A stretch of 64,000 nucleotides of DNA from IMG/VR virus record IMGVR_UViG_3300020182_000020. One strand, written 5' to 3'. The DNA is from a virus. Positions 9,231 to 17,780 of the stretch are shown piece after piece; position 1 is the stretch's first letter, and the number at the start of each line of letters is the position of its first letter. Made by a program: the position numbers and the translations under genes. The notes under the pieces were generated by a model. The model worked only from the letters and a program-made list of their open reading frames with translations. It was not told where the DNA came from and searched no databases.

Positions 9231-9617
9231 ATGATCGCAGTATACCAGTGGCACCTCTCTGACGAATTGTCTGACCTCATTAATCGTGATGGTTGGATGG
9301 CTAATGAAACCACTACGGCTTACGCTGATAAGGGTTGCAGTTGGATGATCGATGATGGTCGATTTGATGCTGCTAAGTGGTTTTACCAATATGAATTGGT
9401 CGCTACTTGCAAAACGGATGATCCTGAAGAAGCGTTCGTTCTGATGAACCTCTGGAATGATCCTGACCGAGTTTGCAAAATCGGTGCTCGGGTCGCTTCC
9501 TTGTCAATTGGTGATATCCTTGAAGTTGCTGGTGGTAAATTTCTTCTCTGTACTGGTGAGGGTTTCCAAGAAATCTTTCCTGTAAACGGCCATATCACTA
9601 GAGTTGCTGCTGGTTAA
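9231..9617 (+). CDS. Hypothetical protein
   Basis: 128-aa ORF behind promoter and AGGA RBS; ends with SLSIGDILEV motif. Confidence 0.6.
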   Translation: MIAVYQWHLSDELSDLINRDGWMANETTTAYADKGCSWMIDDGRFDAAKWFYQYELVATCKTDDPEEAFVLMNLWNDPDRVCKIGARVASLSIGDILEVAGGKFLLCTGEGFQEIFPVNGHITRVAAG

Positions 9618-9627
9618 TTTGAAGAAT

Positions 9628-9696
9628 ATCAATAACTTAGCTGTGGTTTTATTTCAGGACTTTGCGGGGTATAATTACCTTGTAAGCAAAAAGGAG
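9628..9696 (+). promoter_or_regulatory. Early-type promoter, copy 2
   Basis: ATCAATAACTTA (9628-9639), GTTTTA at -35, TATAAT (9670-9675), TAAGCAAAAAGGAG; same spacings as copy 1. Confidence 0.65.
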
Positions 9697-9704
9697 TTGG
9701 CGTA

Positions 9705-9893
9705 ATGGATAGAGTTAAACTGAATCATGAAGTGGGATCGGTGTACATTCCTAAAGATCGTCGGAAGCCTGTTGAGAATCCTATGTTCGCTGAGCAAAAT
9801 TTTGATGAGACGTTCATGCAAGGTGTGATCGGATCTTTTATCGGTTCAATGGTTATCTTCGGAACTCTGTTAGCAATCTTGGTGCTTGTATAA
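9705..9893 (+). CDS. Small membrane protein
   Basis: 62 aa with hydrophobic C-terminal helix; AGGAG RBS. Confidence 0.55.
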   Translation: MDRVKLNHEVGSVYIPKDRRKPVENPMFAEQNFDETFMQGVIGSFIGSMVIFGTLLAILVLV

Positions 9894-10261
9894 TGAATTA
9901 TAAAAAATTTGACATTGCTGTACTCAATGAAACTATTGGATGGAAATCTGCTGCTGGATATCTTGAAGGTACGATCAAGCGTATTGACACTCGCAAGAAC
10001 ACTGCTTGCAAGAAGACTCTCAGTGATTGGGTCTTGGTTGATGTTCTTCCTTACTTTGCACGATTTGAAGGTGAGACTGCTTACCTCAACGCAAACTTCC
10101 TGATGGAAGGTGGCAAGGTCCGAAAACTTTCTTCTGCCCCAGAGAGTGCATACGGCATGTATGTTGCGAAGAGACGCTCCTTTGGTGATGCGGTTATGTC
10201 AGAACGAGAGTTTGAGCGATTAGCATTGACAATTGAATCAAAATTAAAGGAGAGTGTGTAA
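9893..10261 (+). CDS. Hypothetical protein
   Basis: 122-aa ORF, TAATG-coupled on both sides. Confidence 0.55.
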   Translation: MNYKKFDIAVLNETIGWKSAAGYLEGTIKRIDTRKNTACKKTLSDWVLVDVLPYFARFEGETAYLNANFLMEGGKVRKLSSAPESAYGMYVAKRRSFGDAVMSEREFERLALTIESKLKESV

Positions 10262-10425
10262 TGGTCCCATGGTATGCAAAAGGCGAAGTCGGCGAGTACT
10301 TGATTCACGCACTTGATTTGATTCAAGACGGGCAGATCAATGATGCTATCAGTGCTTGTCTCAGTGTTGGTATGAGTGACGAAGAAATTGATGAGTTTTT
10401 ATCTGCTGAAGGAGTTGCACAATGA
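10261..10425 (+). CDS. Small acidic hypothetical protein (not in ORF track)
   Basis: 54 aa MVPWYAKGEV...EGVAQ; AAGGAG RBS, TAATG overlap at start, ATGA overlap at end. Confidence 0.55.
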   Translation: MVPWYAKGEVGEYLIHALDLIQDGQINDAISACLSVGMSDEEIDEFLSAEGVAQ

Positions 10426-10652
10426 GAGATTTAACTGGTAAGATTTGCGAAATCGATTATGTCGGTTCGAGCGTGCGAGTTCTTGGTAAGATTACTATGT
10501 CGCGTTACAGTGGTGCTACTGGTGTGACGCACCACTTTGAGTTTCTTACTCCGTTTCGATGGAAACAGAACGGGTGCGAAATTATCCGTGAAGTTGGTGA
10601 GGGTTCTTGCACCGACGATAACATGGTTGTGAAAGTATGGGAGACAGCGTAA
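10422..10652 (+). CDS. Hypothetical protein
   Basis: 76-aa ORF with GAAGGAG RBS, coupled to neighbours. Confidence 0.55.
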   Translation: MRDLTGKICEIDYVGSSVRVLGKITMSRYSGATGVTHHFEFLTPFRWKQNGCEIIREVGEGSCTDDNMVVKVWETA

Positions 10653-10903
10653 TGGAAAAAGTAAATTTGTCTGGTTTGGACGCAACAGAAATCTGTGAAA
10701 TTCTTCACGAGAAGTGTAAGTTTCACGACTGGACTTACATGATGTCGGATGACAGCCGTGCGTATCATGCTGGTCTTGCGGAAGCAGACGAGATCGAATA
10801 CATCCGTGGTGTTCTTGACGCTATGGGGTTTAAGATGACTGCCAAAACCATCATCGAAGGATGGAAACCAAACAGTTTAAAAAAAGAAGGATACTTAGTA
10901 TGA
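10652..10903 (+). CDS. Hypothetical protein
   Basis: TAATG-coupled start at 10652; HDWTYMMSDD motif. Confidence 0.55.
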   Translation: MEKVNLSGLDATEICEILHEKCKFHDWTYMMSDDSRAYHAGLAEADEIEYIRGVLDAMGFKMTAKTIIEGWKPNSLKKEGYLV

Positions 10904-11106
10904 GTGAATTAACAACCAACCCTAAAGCATACCTGAACGGTTCCTTCGTCAACTTTGAACGCAACGGTAAACGTGCTACGGGCTTCGTTTCGGAAGTCTT
11001 TGACGAAGGTTTTGCTGTGGACATGGTAGTCCACGACGACAAGGGTTTTCCTGGTCATAACACGGACTACACCGTGTTCGTAAAAACGGATGAGGCATTT
11101 CGATGA
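10900..11106 (+). CDS. Hypothetical protein
   Basis: ATGA-coupled start at 10900, AAGGA RBS. Confidence 0.5.
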   Translation: MSELTTNPKAYLNGSFVNFERNGKRATGFVSEVFDEGFAVDMVVHDDKGFPGHNTDYTVFVKTDEAFR

Positions 11107-11255
11107 AGAAAATAAACGGGTTGATGTCTGGTATTGAAAAATCATTCGATGAACAAGAAAAAAAGTTTAATCGTCTTGAGCTGGCGGTCTTCGGTTTGTA
11201 TATCCTCAACGTTAGTATTGTTGCCGCATCAATTTTTTTAGGAGTCTTTGAATGA
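11103..11255 (+). CDS. Small membrane protein (not in ORF track)
   Basis: 50 aa MKKINGLMSG...VFE with C-terminal hydrophobic helix; ATGA overlaps at both ends. Confidence 0.5.
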   Translation: MKKINGLMSGIEKSFDEQEKKFNRLELAVFGLYILNVSIVAASIFLGVFE

Positions 11256-11719
11256 GTTTTGCTAGAATGCAGGAGGCACTTCGTGCCGAAGGTTGGTTCG
11301 TTGAGTGGAACATGCCGTGTTGCCAGTCGTGCGCGTGGGGTGAAGTCGAGCACACTGATATGACCAAAGTGTTATTCAATCATTCTCAAGACTGTGAAGT
11401 CGCTGACACGAGTGATAAAGATTGCGAATACTGTGACGGTACAGGTTTCGACGATGAAGACGATGTTCATTGTGGACATTGTGAAGGTGAGGGTTTCGTT
11501 TCATGTGACTTCGAGGACCTCGACTATGAACCCGACACCAGTGTGGGTGGGTTTGTTTGTATGCCTCCTACCGAGTGTGACGGATCACTGTTCTGTTTTG
11601 ATGGTGGCGATGAAGGCGTGTTGAATTTAAAATTAATTTCGCCCATAATAGAACAATGTGGTTGTAAAATTGAGTGGGACGAAACAGGCAATACAAGACC
11701 CTATGTCAGTTGGAATTAA
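11252..11719 (+). CDS. DUF6891-like protein with inserted CxxCxGxG zinc finger
   Basis: GWFVEWNMPCCQSCAW, CEYCDGTG...CGHCEGEG; AGGAG RBS. Confidence 0.5.
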   Translation: MSFARMQEALRAEGWFVEWNMPCCQSCAWGEVEHTDMTKVLFNHSQDCEVADTSDKDCEYCDGTGFDDEDDVHCGHCEGEGFVSCDFEDLDYEPDTSVGGFVCMPPTECDGSLFCFDGGDEGVLNLKLISPIIEQCGCKIEWDETGNTRPYVSWN

Positions 11720-11733
11720 TTAAGGACAAATAA

Positions 11734-11943
11734 GTGATTAAGATAAGAGAAGTTTTTCGTGATGAAGTAATTGACGAGTTCATGCGTCAAGAACTTGATG
11801 ACGTGATCGAATATTGTTTGGACGATAAAGCGCCCAAAGATTGGCACGATGACGCGCTGATACGTTCGATTCATGTAGTAAGAGCATATTACAGTGTACC
11901 TGGAACTTACATGGAAGGAGCATATGATGCTGAAGAGAGATAG
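11734..11943 (+). CDS. Hypothetical protein
   Basis: 69-aa acidic ORF, GTG start with AAGGA RBS. Confidence 0.5.
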   Translation: MIKIREVFRDEVIDEFMRQELDDVIEYCLDDKAPKDWHDDALIRSIHVVRAYYSVPGTYMEGAYDAEER

Positions 11944-12616
11944 TGAAGTAAGTTTAGTAGGTATGACAACCCCTAGTGCGTCTACAGGATGCCATACCGC
12001 TGCAGAGTTAGTAGCATATGCTGCTCGGGTTAGCAATCCGGCTAACCAAAATAATACTAAGACAGCAAAGAAACTGTTAAAGTATTTAATTAAAGAGAAC
12101 CACTGGTCGCCTTTCGAAATGGTTTCGATTACGATGGAGATTGTTACGACTCGAGATATCAGCAGACAGATTCTTCGGCATCGTTCGTTCTCTTTTCAAG
12201 AATTCTCTCAACGTTATGCAGTAAGCGAGTCGTTTGTAACTAATCGTGAAGCGAGAAAACAACATCCGACTAATCGACAGTTGAGCCAGAAAGATACAAA
12301 TCCAGAAATTCAACGTAAAGCCCAAGAAGTGTTTTCTGAAATGCAAGGAGAAGTCTCTCGAGTCGCTAAGGACTATTATGAGATGGCGCTAAATACCGGT
12401 ATCGCTAAAGAACAGGCGCGTGCTCTGCTTCCAGAAGGCCTGACAGAAACAACCTTGTATATGTCAGGTACCTTACGCTCTTGGGTTCACTACTGTGAGT
12501 TACGCCGAGGACACGGAACGCAAGCAGAACATATGGAAATTGCAGATAAATGTTGGGAGATAATTGGAGTTCATTTTCCTGATGTAGTTTCTGCTCTAGA
12601 ACCTACTGATGACTGA
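11924..12616 (+). CDS. thyX: FAD-dependent thymidylate synthase ThyX
   Basis: ARVSNP, HWSPFE, RQILRHRSFSFQEFSQRY, EQARALLP; GGAAGGAG RBS before 11924. Confidence 0.95.
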   Translation: MMLKRDSEVSLVGMTTPSASTGCHTAAELVAYAARVSNPANQNNTKTAKKLLKYLIKENHWSPFEMVSITMEIVTTRDISRQILRHRSFSFQEFSQRYAVSESFVTNREARKQHPTNRQLSQKDTNPEIQRKAQEVFSEMQGEVSRVAKDYYEMALNTGIAKEQARALLPEGLTETTLYMSGTLRSWVHYCELRRGHGTQAEHMEIADKCWEIIGVHFPDVVSALEPTDD

Positions 12617-12803
12617 TTATCCAGAAGGTGTTTATGGTTGGGTTTTTAATTACGATGAGGTAGAATATAAACTCCGTTGTAAACAAAAGATGTATTGGAA
12701 AACGTATAAGTTTAAAGCTACTGATGTGCAGCTTGTAGATAAATCTACAGACAAAGAAATGAAACAGACTATCGCTGATAGTCTTAATGAGGAGTTGCGA
12801 TGA
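12609..12803 (+). CDS. Hypothetical protein
   Basis: 64-aa ORF overlapping neighbours. Confidence 0.5.
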   Translation: MTDYPEGVYGWVFNYDEVEYKLRCKQKMYWKTYKFKATDVQLVDKSTDKEMKQTIADSLNEELR

Positions 12804-13405
12804 ACATATTTGATCTTGATCAAGATCCTAAAAAATGCGCAGAAAGTCATAATGATTCTCATGTTGTTAAAATGTGCACCGAATATGCTCAACTAATGTC
12901 TACGGCGCATCGTGTTCTCGACGGAACCCCTTGGTATGGAAAGTCTGCAACAGGTAGAAAAATTAAAAGGTATTACCTAGAGAATCCTCTTTTCAATATG
13001 AACCTCTACCTTGCTTGTCATATTAACCATCCTTCTAATATCTGGCTACGTCAAAGCAAAGATAACTACCAGTGGCTATACACAATGTGGTCTTTTTTGC
13101 TTAAAGAGTATACGTATCGATATGACAAGGAACATGGCGCGGGCAAGTTGCATAGTTTTCTGTTCTGGGTTCCTAACAATATTCCTACAGACATTGGCTT
13201 AACGCCTGTTACTCCTGCAGTGGGAAACTTTTCCACATGCATTGTCAAAAACGATTCTGTAGAATCTTACAGAAATTATTATTGGGAAGCCAAGCGTAAT
13301 CTGGCAAAGTGGAAACGAAGGAGCCCACCAGATTGGTGGATTCAAAGAGAGCAAGTAGAATATAACCTAATTGAGAAAACTTTATTTCAGGAGCCCGTGC
13401 ATTGA
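12800..13405 (+). CDS. Pyrimidine-dimer DNA glycosylase / endonuclease V-like family protein
   Basis: MNIFDLDQDP..CAESHNDSHVVKMCTEYAQLMSTAHR, HINHPSNIW, VESYRNYY. Confidence 0.6.
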   Translation: MNIFDLDQDPKKCAESHNDSHVVKMCTEYAQLMSTAHRVLDGTPWYGKSATGRKIKRYYLENPLFNMNLYLACHINHPSNIWLRQSKDNYQWLYTMWSFLLKEYTYRYDKEHGAGKLHSFLFWVPNNIPTDIGLTPVTPAVGNFSTCIVKNDSVESYRNYYWEAKRNLAKWKRRSPPDWWIQREQVEYNLIEKTLFQEPVH

Positions 13406-13716
13406 ACGGTAAAGGAAGCAAACCAAGACCTCTGAGCGTTAAGCAAAATGCATTTGATGCGCAATGGGATCTTATTTTTGGGGGAAAAAATATGAAATAC
13501 CATGAGCATAAGAGTCAGGTCAACATCAATGAAGTAATATCTAAACATTGGTCAGACAACGGCAAGAAAGAAGCTATTGTACAGAAGAGTGTGGTAGGGT
13601 ATTCTGTTGAATTGTTTGAACAATCAAGGTATATTAGAACAGTTGAGTGCTTTGACAAGTCGCTTAGTTATGCTGAAGATGTCGCCGAAAATTTTTGTTT
13701 GGGAATATTATCGTGA
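13402..13716 (+). CDS. Hypothetical protein
   Basis: TTG start with AGGAG RBS; GKGSKPRP..WDLIFG N-terminus; second possible start at 13492. Confidence 0.5.
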   Translation: MNGKGSKPRPLSVKQNAFDAQWDLIFGGKNMKYHEHKSQVNINEVISKHWSDNGKKEAIVQKSVVGYSVELFEQSRYIRTVECFDKSLSYAEDVAENFCLGILS

Positions 13717-14492
13717 AAATTGTTGTTGCTGGTTATGGTGCCGTTGGGCAGGCAGTTGAATATGTCTTGCAAAAGAGAGACGATTTGCAGGTTTTTGTAG
13801 ATGATCCTGCAAAGGGACACAACTATATACCGAATCCTAATCTATCTCCCGTTGATGCTGTTGTCGTTTGCGTTGCCACGCCTATGCGCGAAAACGGTTC
13901 TTGTAATACTGATCATGTCGAAGAAGTGTTTAATAAGTACGGTAGTGTGAAGTATTTAATTAAATCAGCTGTCGATCCTGTTTGGATAGATTGGGAAGCG
14001 GGGGTTCGTGACGGTAGTTATACTTACTCGCCTGAGTTTTTGGGTAGTTCGAACGTCAATCGAAATACATTAGAAGAATTTGAGTTTCAAACATATGCAA
14101 TCTATGGTGGAGACGATTGTCGATTTTGGGATGAACTGTTACGGCCAGTATTACCAAGTTTGTGCGATGTTAAGTATTGTTCTTTGCAACAGGCATCCTT
14201 TGCTAAGTATGTTGAGAATACCTTTTTAGCAACTAAGGTGACCTTCTTTAACGAGATGTATAAAATCTATAAAGACATTGGATTCGAAGGGTTTGACCAA
14301 ATGGTAGATGCTATTACTGTTGACCCTAGAATTGGAAAGTCTCACACTCAGGTTCCTGGGCCGGATGGTAAATTTGGATATGGGGGCCATTGTTTACCAA
14401 AGGATATCGCGGCATTGAGGTATATTGCTGTTGGTTCACCACTATTAGACGCTGTCGTAGATTGTAATGAGGAGTATAGAAATGAAAATTAA
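13713..14492 (+). CDS. ugd: UDP-glucose/GDP-mannose dehydrogenase family protein
   Basis: GYGAVG Rossmann motif, YSPEFL, AKYVENTFLATKVTFFNE, GYGGHCLPKD. Confidence 0.85.
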   Translation: MKIVVAGYGAVGQAVEYVLQKRDDLQVFVDDPAKGHNYIPNPNLSPVDAVVVCVATPMRENGSCNTDHVEEVFNKYGSVKYLIKSAVDPVWIDWEAGVRDGSYTYSPEFLGSSNVNRNTLEEFEFQTYAIYGGDDCRFWDELLRPVLPSLCDVKYCSLQQASFAKYVENTFLATKVTFFNEMYKIYKDIGFEGFDQMVDAITVDPRIGKSHTQVPGPDGKFGYGGHCLPKDIAALRYIAVGSPLLDAVVDCNEEYRNEN

Positions 14493-14757
14493 TGATATAG
14501 TAACCGTTGTAGCTGTAACAGGCGCAGAGTACGTAGGTAAATTTAAGAAAGAAACTGATGACACTTTTGTCATAGGAGATCCACATATCGTTTCTCCTGT
14601 TAACGAAACCATTCAGTTTATGCCCACCGTAGCCATGACGGGTATGCCCAGCATTGGTGAAGTAACCTTTCAGAAATCAGGAGTTATTCTTTTGGTGCCC
14701 ACTGCTAAAGAAGTCGCGAACGAATATACGAAGTCGATAAGCGGGATTATTCTATAG
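14482..14757 (+). CDS. Small Sm-like-fold protein common in T4-like phages
   Basis: DIVTVVAVTGAEYVGK; position next to gp33. Confidence 0.45.
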   Translation: MKINDIVTVVAVTGAEYVGKFKKETDDTFVIGDPHIVSPVNETIQFMPTVAMTGMPSIGEVTFQKSGVILLVPTAKEVANEYTKSISGIIL

Positions 14758-14758
14758 G

Positions 14759-15013
14759 TTATGACAGGTAGATATCTTGAAGAACATCTTCGAACTGTTC
14801 TACCTTCTCAAGCCTATTTGGCCATTTAATATATTCTTTTTCAGGATTAGTTTTAAGGTTTGCTAGAAGAGGTTGAATCGCATTGTACAAATCGTCTAAT
14901 TTTTTCTGTAACTGTTCTGCTGTATCAGTTACAGATTTGACCTCTTGCGCAACGTCAAGTTCGTCTTCGTTTACCGCTGTAAACCCAAAATCGAATAATT
15001 CTTTAGTAGCCAT
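14759..15013 (-). CDS. Conserved hypothetical protein
   Basis: FDFGFTAVNEDEL, coiled coil, NPEKEYIKWPNR. Confidence 0.6.
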   Translation of the reverse strand: MATKELFDFGFTAVNEDELDVAQEVKSVTDTAEQLQKKLDDLYNAIQPLLANLKTNPEKEYIKWPNRLEKVEQFEDVLQDIYLS

Positions 15014-15037
15014 AATTTTACCTAGGAGTAAGTTGTA

Positions 15038-15271
15038 ATGAACCTTGATGGTCTAATATTGAACAAAAGTAAATTCACCAAGATGATAGAGAAAACAGTA
15101 CAATCAAAAGGCTTGTCCTATCTTGACACTGTTGTCTATCTTTGTGAACAAAATAACATCGATATCGATGATGTCCGCAAGTTTATCTCGCAGGTCATCA
15201 AAGATAAAATCGAGGTTGAGGCTCAAAGCCTGAATTTCATACCGAAGGGTAATACTCTTCCGTTTGAATAG
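15038..15271 (+). CDS. gp33: Late transcription co-activator gp33
   Basis: SYLDTVVYLCEQNNIDID..KDKIEVEAQSLNFI; upstream of gp32. Confidence 0.85.
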   Translation: MNLDGLILNKSKFTKMIEKTVQSKGLSYLDTVVYLCEQNNIDIDDVRKFISQVIKDKIEVEAQSLNFIPKGNTLPFE

Positions 15272-15365
15272 TTACTCATAATCGAGTAATATATATAGTT
15301 CTACATAATGATGTACTTGTGGATAAAAAAATACAAAACATACAAATAAAATACGAGGTAATAAT

Positions 15366-16256
15366 ATGTCTTTTGACACTCTTAAGCGCAACCGCGCAAA
15401 TTCAATCACGAAACTAGTTAATGCTGCTTCTGGCCAAAACGCTGGTCCAGAGAAGAAGTCCTATGTGGACGAACGTATCTGGAAGCCGACAGTTGACAAA
15501 GCCGGCAATGGCTATGCGGTATTAAGGTTTCTTCCTGCTGCCGAAGGTACTGACCTCCCGTGGGTTCGTTACTGGGATCATGGTTTCAAAGGTCCAACTG
15601 GGCAATGGTACATTGAGAAGTCTTTGACCTCTATTGGTCAGAACGATCCTGTATCAGAAGCTAACAGCAAGCTCTGGAACTCTGGTAACGAGCGAGACAA
15701 AGAGATTGTTCGTGAACGTAAGCGTCGATTGCACTATGTTGCAAATGTTCTTGTCGAGAGCGATTCTGCTAATCCTGAGACTGAAGGACAGGTAAAACTG
15801 TTTGTCTTTGGTAAGAAGATCTTTGACAAGATTATGGATGTTATGCAACCACAGTTTGCTGACGAAGATCCTGTCAACCCATTTGACTTCTGGGAAGGTG
15901 CTTCTTTCAAATTGAAGATTCGTAATGTTGAGGGATACCGAAACTACGATAAGTCTGAGTTTGCTTCTTCGAAACCTCTTTCGGACGACGATGACGTCTT
16001 AGAACAGATCTATTCGAAGCTGCATGATCTTAACGAGTATTCTGATCCAGACAACTACAAGAGCTATAACGAGCTACAAGAGCGATTGAATATGGTCCTT
16101 GGTGTTACTGCTGCTGCTGAACGAAACTTTACTTCAGTAACCGAGACAGCTGCAGCGCCAGCTCCTAAGACGGCTTCTGAACCGGAGATTACGGTGACCG
16201 CCGAAGACGAAGATGACACTATGTCATACTTTGCAAAGTTAGCTGCAGAAGATTAA
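15366..16256 (+). CDS. gp32: Single-stranded DNA-binding protein gp32
   Basis: DERIWKP, GNGYAVLRFLP, YIEKSLTSIG, FGKKIFDKI, FDFWEGA, acidic tail ending YFAKLA. Confidence 0.95.
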   Translation: MSFDTLKRNRANSITKLVNAASGQNAGPEKKSYVDERIWKPTVDKAGNGYAVLRFLPAAEGTDLPWVRYWDHGFKGPTGQWYIEKSLTSIGQNDPVSEANSKLWNSGNERDKEIVRERKRRLHYVANVLVESDSANPETEGQVKLFVFGKKIFDKIMDVMQPQFADEDPVNPFDFWEGASFKLKIRNVEGYRNYDKSEFASSKPLSDDDDVLEQIYSKLHDLNEYSDPDNYKSYNELQERLNMVLGVTAAAERNFTSVTETAAAPAPKTASEPEITVTAEDEDDTMSYFAKLAAED

Positions 16257-17602
16257 AACGTTTCTCTGCTTCGATTTTTTAACGGGTTGGGGTCCCTTAC
16301 GGGACCACTGCTTGCTGTAACGTTTGTTGTGCTGTTGTTAACATTAGTGTTATTTGACTGCGGCGCAATGTTTACATTAGCAGTTTGAGAATGCCCTTTA
16401 AAGGCATTCTTTTCCGCCTCCGTTAATTCTCCTGTTAACTCTGCTCTACGCGCTTCTGCGGCAGTTACCCTTCCTGATCGCGTAGGATCGCCATAATCGA
16501 TGACTGTCTTTGGATCATAATCATCGTCTCCTGCAGACTCTTCTGAAGAGTCTGATCCAAACCCAAGCGCTGATAACCCCTTTTTGGTTAGGTCGCCAAG
16601 ACCATTAAAAAGCTTGGACGGCAATTCAGAAAACCAATCTACGATTCCTTGGTACATTTCTTGTATTTTTATGATCGGGGCCATCATTTTGTCTGGCAAT
16701 GTAGAAAGCCAATCTACGATTCCTTGGTACATTTCTTGTATTTCTGTAACTATACCAATGTCTTCGCCGGTCGTGAAGAAATGAAAGAGGTCCGCTAAAC
16801 CTTTCGCGATTGATTTTATTTTTTCAAAAACGGTATCTATCACAGTAGAAACCATTTCTTTAGCTTCCTCGCTTTCCGGTCCCATAAACCAGTCAATCCC
16901 GTTTGCGATCATATCGGTCATCGGTTTCAGGAATTCACCAATTCCTTTAAGAAGATCTTCCCACATTTTAGCAACATCGACTTTCTCTAGATATGCTGCT
17001 GCTTCATTTGCTCCAAATTTCCGAGCCAACCAAGCAGCCAAATCTACGACGAACTGACTAGGTACTGCAATTAACCACTTAAACAGTTTCTGGATAGCAC
17101 CGCCAAGTCCCGCGACTACCTTTTCTCCAAACGTACCTTCTGTTGATTCAAAATCTTCCATAAACCCCTTAATAAGCGCAATAACTGCAGTCACAGGAAG
17201 AGCAATACGCTTTATGAAGTTCAATAGCCTTGTACCAAATAACATCATTGAAGCTTTGAACGCTATGAAGCTCGCTACAATACCATCAAAGAGAAAGCCA
17301 GCATCATCTTTATCGCCCGAATTTTTGGCACCCGACGTCTTGCCCTGTACGCCACCTTTATCTTCTGGGTCTAATCCTTTTAAACTAGCAAGGGCTTGGT
17401 TCTGCATAAACTCTTCGAAGTTATTATTGAGCATGGCGACACTATTCGCGATTACTTCTAGTATCTTTATCTGATCGCGAAGCAAAGAGCTTTGTATGCC
17501 CTTGCCTTTGGTCGCATTTCGGTCTTCAGCGCCTTCTTCGTTGATCGTCTTAAGACGATCTGTGACCTGCTGCATGTAACTAATTTCTTTTTCTTCAGCC
17601 AC
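16253..17602 (-). CDS. Probable tape measure / baseplate hub protein (gp29-like)
   Basis: Helical Trp-periodic repeats (IVDWLS/IVDWFS), hydrophobic segment; follows gp26/gp51. Confidence 0.55.
   Translation of the reverse strand: MAEEKEISYMQQVTDRLKTINEEGAEDRNATKGKGIQSSLLRDQIKILEVIANSVAMLNNNFEEFMQNQALASLKGLDPEDKGGVQGKTSGAKNSGDKDDAGFLFDGIVASFIAFKASMMLFGTRLLNFIKRIALPVTAVIALIKGFMEDFESTEGTFGEKVVAGLGGAIQKLFKWLIAVPSQFVVDLAAWLARKFGANEAAAYLEKVDVAKMWEDLLKGIGEFLKPMTDMIANGIDWFMGPESEEAKEMVSTVIDTVFEKIKSIAKGLADLFHFFTTGEDIGIVTEIQEMYQGIVDWLSTLPDKMMAPIIKIQEMYQGIVDWFSELPSKLFNGLGDLTKKGLSALGFGSDSSEESAGDDDYDPKTVIDYGDPTRSGRVTAAEARRAELTGELTEAEKNAFKGHSQTANVNIAPQSNNTNVNNSTTNVTASSGPVRDPNPLKNRSRETF
16634..16743. repeat. 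Perfect 35-bp direct repeat at 75-bp spacing (16634-16668 and 16709-16743)
   Basis: CCAATCTACGATTCCTTGGTACATTTCTTGTATTT occurs twice; encodes IQEMYQGIVDW. Confidence 0.9.
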
Positions 17603-17780
17603 TAGCGTGTTTCCTTCGTTCGTTTTCTTCTTTAATCTTATTAATTAACATATTTACGTAAACTTCCCTCTCCCAAGGCATCATATTATCTAACTCTTCA
17701 AGTGTAAACCTATCTTGGTAAATTAACTCAAAGTTAAGCTTATAATGATTTACCAGATTATCATGAGAGAGGCATATTAA
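17595..17780 (-). CDS. gp51: gp51-like baseplate hub assembly protein, without own start codon (not in ORF track)
   Basis: LICLSHDNLVNHYKLNFELIYQDRFTLEELDNMMPWEREVYVNML...; MMPWERE motif; lies in the -1 frame of gp26. Confidence 0.75.
   Translation of the reverse strand, partial: LICLSHDNLVNHYKLNFELIYQDRFTLEELDNMMPWEREVYVNMLINKIKEENERRKHASG

Noticed and set aside
16291-16306. GGTCCC-TTAC-GGGACC hairpin as gp32 terminator
   Set aside because: Only a 6-bp stem, no adjacent U-tract on either strand, and it lies in coding sequence of the opposite gene.
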